Shown here piece by piece: positions 56,491 to 64,000 of a stretch of 64,000 bases of DNA (within the stretch, counting starts at the first letter, position 1; every line of letters begins with the position of its first letter). Position numbers and translations under genes: made by a program. Source of the DNA: Candidatus Eiseniibacteriota bacterium (GTDB lineage Bacteria > Eisenbacteria > RBG-16-71-46 > CAVPCR01); contig CAVPCR010000004.1 in NCBI GenBank assembly GCA_963702435.1, forward strand, positions 128,001-192,000. Reading direction: 5' to 3'. The notes beneath the pieces are model-generated. The model was given only the letters and a program-made list of their open reading frames with translations. It made no database searches and was not told the DNA's origin.

Positions 56491-57294
56491 TCATCGTTTC
56501 ACGAGGGGCTTGACCCACTCGATCTGCGCGGTCACCACCCGGAAGCCGGCCCGCCGGTAGACCCGAGCGCCGGCATCCCCCTCGACCCCGAAGCAGCCGG
56601 CAGCGGCGCAGCCGACAGCCGCGGCGAGGGTGCCGAAGCTCCTTGCCACGGCGGTGGCGATGCCCCGGCGGCGAGCTGCGGGATCGATCACGATGTTCTT
56701 CATGCGGAGGAGCGGACCCTGGCGGGAGGCGCTGACCGCGCCGCACACCGCGCCCTCCATCTCGACCAGGTACGGCCGCATGAAGCCAGCTGCCGCCTTC
56801 CGCCGCTCGAGGTCCACCCACAGGTGCGGCGGCGTCTCGTGTCCGTCCGGACCTCTCGCTGCGCGACGATGGAGGCGGAGCTTCGCCGACCACTGGCGAT
56901 CGGTCTCGACGGCGCGGAGGGACAGACCGGGCACCGCCGATCGCGACACCCGCGCGTCGAGGAGGAACCCGAGTTCGACGCGGCGTTCGTAGCCTGCAGC
57001 GGCGAGGGATCGTGCGAGCTCGGGAGCGTCCCCGACCACGTACCAGCGCGAGAGCGCACAACCGAGCGCGCGGAGGTCGTCCTCCACGCGGGCGATCCAG
57101 CCGGCAGCACCCGCCGGGCGCAGGCGCTCCGGGCGGACGCGCTGCACGACGCAGCCGGCGGCGATCGCGGCGAAGCCTGGGAGGCAGGCGATCTCGACGG
57201 GGCCGAGCGCGTGGATGCGCGCGCCCGCCTCGAAGTAGCGGCAATCGCTCTCGATCAGCGCACGCGCCAGCTCGTCGTCATGCGGTGCGGCCAT
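56491..57294 (-). CDS. GNAT-family acyltransferase with an extended N-terminal domain
   Basis: IVIDPAARRRGIAT acetyl-CoA motif, RVYRRAGF. Start could be 57306. Confidence 0.8.
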   Translation of the reverse strand: MAAPHDDELARALIESDCRYFEAGARIHALGPVEIACLPGFAAIAAGCVVQRVRPERLRPAGAAGWIARVEDDLRALGCALSRWYVVGDAPELARSLAAAGYERRVELGFLLDARVSRSAVPGLSLRAVETDRQWSAKLRLHRRAARGPDGHETPPHLWVDLERRKAAAGFMRPYLVEMEGAVCGAVSASRQGPLLRMKNIVIDPAARRRGIATAVARSFGTLAAAVGCAAAGCFGVEGDAGARVYRRAGFRVVTAQIEWVKPLVKR

Positions 57295-57352
57295 GGGGAA
57301 CTCCATCCTCGGAGTTATCGGCCGTTCGCGCCTCACCATGAGGTGCGGCAGC

Positions 57353-58453
57353 TCAGACCGGCGTGCCGCCCGCGGTGCGAGGCGAGGCCGCGGCCGCGGG
57401 CGCGAGGAGCGAGACGAGGAAGCGCCCGATGGCCCGGTCGAAACCGTCGATCCGCGCCTGGAGATGGCGCTCGCGCGGCATCGCCCCCTGGTCGGCGTCC
57501 GGAAGATCGAAGTACGGATTGGCCTCCCAGAGGAAGGGCCGGCCGTCCGCCAGGATCGAGTAATCGATGGCTGCGAAGTCGAGGTCGAGCGCGCGCATGG
57601 CGGCGAGCATCGCTTCCGGATGCTCGGCCGGTCCCTGCCAGAACGCATTGTCGATGGCGAGCGCGGCGCGCTCGTCGGGACGCAGGTAGGCGAGCCATGA
57701 CCACCGCCAGTTGCCGTGCAGATAGCGGGCGAACGAGCAGACCTTCAAACCGACCATGGGGTGGCTTGAGAAGTAGACATGATTCGGCACTACCTCGTCG
57801 CCGAACACGAAGGCGCGCTTCTTGTGGAAGTAGCGGGCCCAGATGCTCCCGGGGCGAGTCTCGGCATAGCCGGTGCGTGTGTCCACGAAATCGAGGATCA
57901 CGCCCGGCGCGATGTGCTCGTGGGCAGCGGCGGCCTCGGCTTCCCGGCGCGAGGCGCAGAAGAAGGTGGCCTGCTGGCCGTGCAGGAGATCCGTGCGGAC
58001 GATGACCGGAAAGGTCGTCGCCGGTGCGGCGAGGAAAGACGCGAGCTCGTCCCGGTTGCCGAAGGAAGTCGCCGCGGCAGCCGGGATCCCCGCCGCGCGC
58101 CAGAGGACCGATTGCGCGCTCTTCCGCGTGTTCGAGAGCGATTCCGGGGCATTGACGATGCGGAGCCCGCGGGCGCGGGCTGCGGCGGCGATCGCCATCG
58201 CCTCGGCGTAGCAGTCGGGATAGAGCTCGCGGAGCGGATCGCCGAGCCAGAAGACGACGGCGGTGGCGGCCGTGAGATCGGGGAGGCTCCCGCTCCCGGT
58301 CTCGTGGGCGACGATCTGCATGCGATGCGGGTTTCCGGCCAGCGCCCGCGACATGATGTGCTGGGCGTGGCGGTCCTGCCGGCCGCGCCCTGGGCCGTGG
58401 AAGACGACGAGGACGTGGCCGGCGCTCGGCGGCGAGGTGCGGGTCGTGGTCAC
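57353..58453 (-). CDS. ATP-grasp fold protein (RimK-like)
   Basis: IVNAPESLSNTRK, FPVIVR, DFVD, KKRAFVFG, LDFAAIDY..WEANP. Confidence 0.75.
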   Translation of the reverse strand: MTTTRTSPPSAGHVLVVFHGPGRGRQDRHAQHIMSRALAGNPHRMQIVAHETGSGSLPDLTAATAVVFWLGDPLRELYPDCYAEAMAIAAAARARGLRIVNAPESLSNTRKSAQSVLWRAAGIPAAAATSFGNRDELASFLAAPATTFPVIVRTDLLHGQQATFFCASRREAEAAAAHEHIAPGVILDFVDTRTGYAETRPGSIWARYFHKKRAFVFGDEVVPNHVYFSSHPMVGLKVCSFARYLHGNWRWSWLAYLRPDERAALAIDNAFWQGPAEHPEAMLAAMRALDLDFAAIDYSILADGRPFLWEANPYFDLPDADQGAMPRERHLQARIDGFDRAIGRFLVSLLAPAAAASPRTAGGTPV

Positions 58454-58464
58454 CGGGCCTCGGG

Positions 58465-59943
58465 TCAACGGAGGAGCGTCACGCGCGAGACGTGCCGCCC
58501 GGTCGCAGCCGGCACGACGAGCCAGTAGGTGCCGGCGGGGCAGGGCCGGCCGCGCGCATCGTGTCCGTCCCAGGTCGCGGTCGCGGCGCCGCCGGCTCCC
58601 GTCGCGAGCGGGAGGCCGGCGACCCGGCGGCCGCGGACGTCGACGACGTCGAGATGCGACGGCGCCCCCTCGATGCCGGCAACCGCGACGTGCGTCGTCA
58701 CGGCGAAGGGATTCGGGAACGCGGCGATCGCGCGCGTCAGGGGCGGGGCGATGCTGCCGCCGGGCACGTTGCAGATCACGCCGGGAAGGGCGACGAACAC
58801 GTCCCCGTTGCCCGTGCCCTGCTCCACCCAGGAGAACTGGGGATAGCTGCGGACCGAGAGCGCGTTCTCGATCCCGGCGTGCATCTGGAGGAGGGAGGAC
58901 TCGTCCTGCCACACGGTGCCGGTCCGCGTGAAGTAGAACATCTCCTCGCCGGAGAACTGCAGCATGAAGTCATAGGCCGACTCGTACCAGAAAGCATGCG
59001 CCACGCCGCGGCCGTCGACGCGGAGCGCCGGGTGCTGCGGCCAGGTGTAGTCGTCGAGCGGAACCGAGATGTCCTCGGGATCGGCGAAGCCGCTCGGCGT
59101 CTCCGCGACGTAGAACATCACGTTGCAGGGGCAGGTGGGTTGCGGGCCGTTCGCGAGGATGTGATGGAGTCCGTCCGGACCGGCGGCGACCTCCATCTGG
59201 ACTCCGAAGCCGTAGAGGGCGTGTGGGGCGCTCCACCCCGCGCCGCTCCGTTCGGTGTAGAGGAGCTCGAAGTCGTTCGCGAACCAGTAGACGCGGGGTC
59301 GTTCGGCGCCGGCGACCCCGCTCGGTTCGACCTCTGCGCACACCCACTCCGCCTGACCGGGGATGCGCTCGCGGAGGCGGACCGGGGCGCGCCAGGAGCC
59401 GCCGGCCAGCTCGGTGAACCAGATATCGACCTCGAGCGAGCGGCGTTCCTCGCACCAGACGAGGTAGACCGGCTCGTCCGCCGTGTCATAGCGCACGCCG
59501 AACTCGGGGCGCGCGGTCGGGAAGCCGGAGCCGGTCGCGAAGACGATCGGCACCGACCAGTTCGGGTCGAGCCACTCGCGGAGGACGATCGCGTCGTCGC
59601 GGGCGAAAGCGAGGTAGACGCGGCCGAGGATCGAGCAGAGGGCGGGGTCGCGGCCGGGGCCGTGCGGGATGGGGGCGTCGATCATGTCGGCATGGACGCC
59701 GCGGGTGATGATGCTCGCGCCCTCCTCCCAGGCGACGATCGTGCGGTCGGTGGCGTCGGCGATCGCGGGTGCGCGGGAGGGGCTCGGGCTCTCCGACAGG
59801 TTGAGGATGCGGTAGAAGTCACCCTCGGCGGCGCCGGCCAGGACGAGGAGGAGGGCGGCCAGGAGCAAGGCGAGGAAGAGAGGGCCGTGCCCGATCCCTG
59901 TGCGAGAGGACCCGGCGGCGCCCGCGGGGCGGGAAGAGCACAT
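58465..59943 (-). CDS. Secreted beta-propeller-like protein with C-terminal FlgD-Ig-like domain
   Basis: Signal peptide; FPNPF..VDVRGRRV..WDGHDARG..GTYW. Confidence 0.8.
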   Translation of the reverse strand: MCSSRPAGAAGSSRTGIGHGPLFLALLLAALLLVLAGAAEGDFYRILNLSESPSPSRAPAIADATDRTIVAWEEGASIITRGVHADMIDAPIPHGPGRDPALCSILGRVYLAFARDDAIVLREWLDPNWSVPIVFATGSGFPTARPEFGVRYDTADEPVYLVWCEERRSLEVDIWFTELAGGSWRAPVRLRERIPGQAEWVCAEVEPSGVAGAERPRVYWFANDFELLYTERSGAGWSAPHALYGFGVQMEVAAGPDGLHHILANGPQPTCPCNVMFYVAETPSGFADPEDISVPLDDYTWPQHPALRVDGRGVAHAFWYESAYDFMLQFSGEEMFYFTRTGTVWQDESSLLQMHAGIENALSVRSYPQFSWVEQGTGNGDVFVALPGVICNVPGGSIAPPLTRAIAAFPNPFAVTTHVAVAGIEGAPSHLDVVDVRGRRVAGLPLATGAGGAATATWDGHDARGRPCPAGTYWLVVPAATGRHVSRVTLLR

Positions 59944-60121
59944 CACGGTTCGCTCCCTTCGCGCTCGGACGGCGCGCGAGGCGACCCTGGCCGGCAGAGC
60001 CCAAGCGCCGGCCGGGATCCGGGACGGCGCGGCGAGACGAGCACAACCATGAGGGTAGCACCGGACCGCGGCGGCCACAACACGATCCGGGGCGGGCGGC
60101 GGCCGTCCGGGCCGGCCCAGC

Positions 60122-60670
60122 TCAGAACAGCTTGTACTGGAGACCGCCCGTGAGCTGGTAGTAGTCGGCGTTCTGGCTGAAGTTCTCGAGGTCTTCCCCG
60201 TAGTTGAGGAAGATGTAACGCGCGTCCCCGATGAAGGACCACGGTCCAGGGAGCGGGATGCCCACGCCGGCGCCGGTGTGATAGCCGGTGTTGCTCAGGT
60301 CTCCTTCCCCGAACTGGTCCTTGAGGTCGCCGTCGACGCCGATGTCGTACCAGCCGACACCCGCCGTCAGGTAGATGAACGGGAGCAACGTGAACATCGC
60401 GCTGAGCTGCACCGGGACGGTGCTGATGTCTCCTCCCTCGATGCTCTCGTTGCGGTAGTCGACGGCGATCTCCGCGGCGAGGATCGAGAGCAGCTCCATC
60501 CGGGCGTTGGCTCCGATGAGGAAGGAATCCTCGTCGACGTCGCCGCCGGTGTGGCTCAGGCCCATCTGACCGCCGGCCGACACTCCGAGCAGCCAGCTCG
60601 CGTGAGCCGGAGCGGCGAGGGCCAGGGCGAGGACGATGGAGGTTTGCACGAGGCGTTTCGCGTTCAGCAT
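60122..60670 (-). CDS. Outer-membrane beta-barrel protein (OmpA-TM/porin-like)
   Basis: Signal peptide AHA-S, YLTAGVG, GAGV, DARYIF, C-terminal GLQYKLF. Confidence 0.85.
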   Translation of the reverse strand: MLNAKRLVQTSIVLALALAAPAHASWLLGVSAGGQMGLSHTGGDVDEDSFLIGANARMELLSILAAEIAVDYRNESIEGGDISTVPVQLSAMFTLLPFIYLTAGVGWYDIGVDGDLKDQFGEGDLSNTGYHTGAGVGIPLPGPWSFIGDARYIFLNYGEDLENFSQNADYYQLTGGLQYKLF

Positions 60671-60825
60671 CGGAAGATCTCCTGAGATCGTCTTCTCCGA
60701 TCGGGTGGTGCGATTCCGGGACGCGAGCGCCGAGAGGCTAGCAGAGAGGTGCGAGCCGGTCCACCGGTCAGGTCTCGCCGGGCGCCGTTTCGCTCCGACC
60801 TGCCGCCTTTGCTACCATGTGAGCC

Positions 60826-62949
60826 GTGCTCTCCCTGAATCACATCGGCCTCTCCTTCGGCGCCCGTGTCCTATTCCGCGACCTTGACTGGACGCTCGGG
60901 GATGGCGAGCGCGTGGCGCTGGTCGGTCCGAACGGCGCCGGAAAGACGACGCTCCTCCGAATCGCCCTCGGCGAGATCGAGCCGGAGGAGGGCCAGGTCT
61001 CCCGCTCGCGCCACGTGCGGACGGGCTACCTGCCGCAGGAGGAGATCCCCCTGGCCGGCGAGACGGCGCTCGCCTCGGCGCTCGGCGCCTTCGAGGCGGT
61101 GCTCGACGTCGAGCGCGAGCAGGTGGAACTCGCCGAGGAGATCGCGGGCCTGCCGGAAGGTCATCCCGAGTTGCCGGCGCTGCTGCACAGGCTCGGCGAT
61201 CTGCAGCACCTCTTCGAGCAGTCCGACGGCTACCGGATGCGCGCCGAGGCGGAGCGTGTGCTCTCGGGGCTCGGCCTCTCGCGCGCGCAGATCCACGGGC
61301 CGCTCGCCGCGCTCTCCGGCGGTTGGCGCATGCGGGTCGCGCTCGCCCGGCTCCTCCTGGCCCGCCCCACGCACCTCTTCCTCGACGAGCCGACCAACCA
61401 CCTCGACATCCCGTCGCTCGCCTGGCTCGAGGAGTACCTCGACGAGTTCTCGGGCACGGTCGTCATCATCTCGCACGATCGCACCTTCCTCGACCGCGCC
61501 GCGCGCCAGGTCTACGAGCTGACCGGCGGCGGGCTCGAGAGCTACGCCGGGAACTACTCGTTCTTCGCGGTCGAGCGCGAGCGGCGGCGGGCGGCGCTCC
61601 TCGCCACGCAGGAGAACCAGATGAAGCGCGTCGCCGAGCTCGAGCGCTTCGTCGAGCGTTTCCGCGCCAAGAACTCGAAGGCGCGACAGGTCAAGAGCAA
61701 GGAGAAGATGCTCGAGCGCATGGAGCGGATCGAGGTGCGCGACGAGGACAAGCGCATCCGCTTCAGCTTCGCTCCGGCGCCGCGCGCCGGCCGGGTGGTG
61801 ATCGAGCTCAAGGGCATTCACAAGACGTATGCGGGCGCCGCGGAGCCCGTGTTCAGCGGGCTCGATCTCCACATCGAGCGGGGTGAGAAGGTGGCGCTCG
61901 TCGGCCCGAACGGGGCCGGGAAGTCGACCCTGCTGCGCATCCTCGGCGGGAGCGAACCGGTGCAGGCCGGGCGGCGGATCGCCGACGAGCGGACGCTCGT
62001 CGCCATCTTCGCGCAGCACACGACCGACGGGCTCGATCTCGAGCACACGGTGCTCGAAGAAGTGACGGAGGTCGCGCCGGGCGAGACCCCGGAGCGGCTC
62101 CGCGGGCTCCTCGGCTCGTTCCTCTTCCGCGGGGACGACGTGTGGAAGCTGGTGCGCGTGCTCTCGGGCGGCGAGAAGGCGCGGCTCGCGATCGCCAAGA
62201 CACTCCTCACGCCGGTCAATTTCCTCCTCCTCGATGAGCCGACCAACCACCTCGACATGGCGGGGAAGGACGTGCTCCTCGACGCGCTCCTCCGCTACGA
62301 CGGCACACTCGTTCTCGTCACCCACGACCGGCATCTGATCGACGCGGTCGCGAAGCGCGTGATCGAGGTGAACACGGGCGGGGTCGTCCGCGACTTTCCG
62401 GGGAACTTCAGCGACTACGCGGAGCGGTTGTGGCGCGAGGGCCGGCCGCTCCCCGGCTATCGCGAGGACCCGGCGCGGGCGCTGGCCGCGCGGCAAGAGG
62501 GGAAGGGCGGCGGCGTAGCGGCGACGGTGCCGGCGAAGACGAAGGCGGCGGGTGCGAAGGCGGCGGCGAAGGCGGCGGGTGCGAAGGCGGCGGGTGCGAA
62601 GGCGGCGGGTGCGAAAGCGGCGGGTGCGAAAGCGGCGGGTGCGAAAGCGGCGGGTGCGAAGGCGGCCGGGCCCGCGCGCCCCGGCGCCGACAAGCGCGAG
62701 CGCGAGCGGATCGAGCGGGAGCGGGCCCGCGAGGAGAGCCGCCTCATGAAGGCGATCGAGGGGCTCGAGGCGCGCCAGGCCGCAATCGAGACCGAGCTCG
62801 CTACCCCCGAGGTGTACGCAAGCGGCGAGAAGTCGCGCGAGCTCCTCCGCGAGTACGACCGCGTGCGGGCCGAGGTCGCGTCGCTCTACGACCGCCTGGG
62901 TGGCGCCGGCAAGGCGGGTGGCGCCGGCGGCGGGCGCCCGGCCGGCTGA
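60826..62949 (+). CDS. ABC-F family ATPase with C-terminal coiled coil
   Basis: Two NBDs (GPNGAGKT/KS, LSGGW/LSGGE, DEPTNHLD twice), an interdomain linker, no TM segments. Confidence 0.95.
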   Translation: MLSLNHIGLSFGARVLFRDLDWTLGDGERVALVGPNGAGKTTLLRIALGEIEPEEGQVSRSRHVRTGYLPQEEIPLAGETALASALGAFEAVLDVEREQVELAEEIAGLPEGHPELPALLHRLGDLQHLFEQSDGYRMRAEAERVLSGLGLSRAQIHGPLAALSGGWRMRVALARLLLARPTHLFLDEPTNHLDIPSLAWLEEYLDEFSGTVVIISHDRTFLDRAARQVYELTGGGLESYAGNYSFFAVERERRRAALLATQENQMKRVAELERFVERFRAKNSKARQVKSKEKMLERMERIEVRDEDKRIRFSFAPAPRAGRVVIELKGIHKTYAGAAEPVFSGLDLHIERGEKVALVGPNGAGKSTLLRILGGSEPVQAGRRIADERTLVAIFAQHTTDGLDLEHTVLEEVTEVAPGETPERLRGLLGSFLFRGDDVWKLVRVLSGGEKARLAIAKTLLTPVNFLLLDEPTNHLDMAGKDVLLDALLRYDGTLVLVTHDRHLIDAVAKRVIEVNTGGVVRDFPGNFSDYAERLWREGRPLPGYREDPARALAARQEGKGGGVAATVPAKTKAAGAKAAAKAAGAKAAGAKAAGAKAAGAKAAGAKAAGAKAAGPARPGADKRERERIERERAREESRLMKAIEGLEARQAAIETELATPEVYASGEKSRELLREYDRVRAEVASLYDRLGGAGKAGGAGGGRPAG
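62542..62670 (+). repeat. 15-bp tandem repeat GCGAA(G/A)GCGGCGGGT encoding (AKAAG)n
   Basis: Seven consecutive AKAAG units plus two partial units. Confidence 0.95.
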
Positions 62950-62980
62950 GGACTCCGCTCGCGATGCGGCGATTCTCGGC

Positions 62981-63030
62981 GGCACGCGCTGGCAGCGGTG
63001 GCACGCGCTAGCAGCGGTGGCAAGCGCTAG
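62981..63030. repeat. 19-bp tandem repeat (about 2.5 copies) between convergent genes
   Basis: GGCACGCGCTGGCAGCGGT / GGCACGCGCTAGCAGCGGT / GGCAAGCGCTAG. Confidence 0.7.
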
Positions 63031-64000
63031 CGCGCGGCGACCTGCTTTCCGTCTTCGTCGAGCACGACCACGTCGCCGAGCCCGAGGTCGCGCACGCCGG
63101 CGGCGATCCTGGCGCGATCGCCGAGGAGGAGATAGGTCGCCGCGGACGGCACCGCGTACTTGCGGGCCGCCGCGTTCACGTCGTCGATCGTCGTCGCCTC
63201 GACCGCGGCCGGCTCGTGCCGGAGCTCGGTCATCGGCAGGCCGAGACCCCACAGCCCCGCGATCTGGCCGCCGACCCGGCCGTAGGTCTCGAACTGCTGC
63301 GCGTAGCCGCGAATCCACACCGCGCGCGCCTTGGCCAGCTCGGCGGCCGTGATCGGCTTCTGGCCGGCGAGCCCGTTCATCTCCTTGGCGAACTCGATGA
63401 GCGACTCCCTGGTCTTGTCCGATTGCACACCGCCGCCGGCGCGCCAGATGCCCGTCTGGCTATACAGCGCCACGGTCGAGAAGGCGCCGTAGGTGTAACC
63501 CTTGTCCTCGCGCAGGTTCAGGTTCAAGCGGGTACCGAAGCCGCCGCCGCCCCACACCGCATCGGCGAGCCGGAGCGCGTAGTAGTCGTCGCTCGTCCGC
63601 TTGGGCGCCGGGACGAACTGCGAGATCACGGTCTGCGGCGCGTTCGGCCGGTCCACGATGTAGATCTTGCCCTGGCCGACCGGCGACGGCGCGGGAATGG
63701 TCACCGCCGGCGCGGCGCCGCCGCTCCAGCCGCCGAGATGCTTCTTCGCGAGCTCGGTGGCCTCGGCGAGCGTGAGGTCGCCGACGAAGATCAGGGCCGA
63801 ACTCGCCGGCTTCCAGTACGTGCCGTGGAAGGAAACGAGATCGGCGGGCGTGATCGCCTCGACCGTCGCCGGCAAACCACGCAGCGGCCGCCCGTAGGGA
63901 TGCGTGGGGCCGAAGGCGAGCATGCCGCGGATCCGCGCCGAGAGCTCGTAGGGATCCTTGTTCTCCTGCGCGAGCGCATCGAGCTGGCGGTTCTTCTCGC
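63027..64000 (-). CDS. M16 (pitrilysin-like) peptidase, C-terminal part; 5' end outside the window
   Basis: HPYGR, IFVGD, IVDRPNAPQT, RLNLNLREDKGYTYG. Confidence 0.9.
   Translation of the reverse strand, partial: EKNRQLDALAQENKDPYELSARIRGMLAFGPTHPYGRPLRGLPATVEAITPADLVSFHGTYWKPASSALIFVGDLTLAEATELAKKHLGGWSGGAAPAVTIPAPSPVGQGKIYIVDRPNAPQTVISQFVPAPKRTSDDYYALRLADAVWGGGGFGTRLNLNLREDKGYTYGAFSTVALYSQTGIWRAGGGVQSDKTRESLIEFAKEMNGLAGQKPITAAELAKARAVWIRGYAQQFETYGRVGGQIAGLWGLGLPMTELRHEPAAVEATTIDDVNAAARKYAVPSAATYLLLGDRARIAAGVRDLGLGDVVVLDEDGKQVAAR

Overview
Very GC-rich bacterial chromosomal window with about 55 supportable genes. I recognised no rRNA, tRNA or CRISPR array. It encodes an outer-membrane beta-barrel and many secreted proteins ending in a shared PNPF...D..GR.V...WDG.D..G....G.Y FlgD-Ig/T9SS-CTD-like domain. 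That pattern suggests a diderm of the FCB-associated candidate lineages such as Eisenbacteria, Latescibacterota or Krumholzibacteriota (inference only). Left to right: a secreted YWTD-like propeller; rtcA; an FG-GAP protein; a 9-gene CDP-sugar/Wzm-Wzt surface-glycan operon; a GAF protein and two paralogous hypotheticals; envC-ftsX-ftsE-pdxA-udg, with ftsE and ftsX in one open frame; and a catalytically degenerate S41/TolB lipoprotein. Next is a less GC-rich islet at about 23.8-29.4 kb (REP-like hairpins, TolB-propeller protein, frameshifted tyrosine recombinase with an adjacent dif-like site, ParDE toxin-antitoxin pair, TIR-domain protein). Then come YceI, divergent from a UbiA + type III PKS + methyltransferase + flavoprotein operon; a FeS-type photolyase cluster; a transketolase-like enzyme; eroded hupE/ureJ remnants; an ATP-grasp + GNAT + Fe/2OG dioxygenase trio; an ABC-F with an (AKAAG)n insert; and a partial M16 peptidase. 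My best candidates for undescribed biology are the YceI/UbiA/T3PKS operon (a possible prenylated polyketide quinone or phenolic lipid pathway), the recombinase-ParDE-TIR islet, the ATP-grasp/GNAT/dioxygenase trio and the shared C-terminal sorting-like domain. All family assignments are by eye from motifs; no searches were run.
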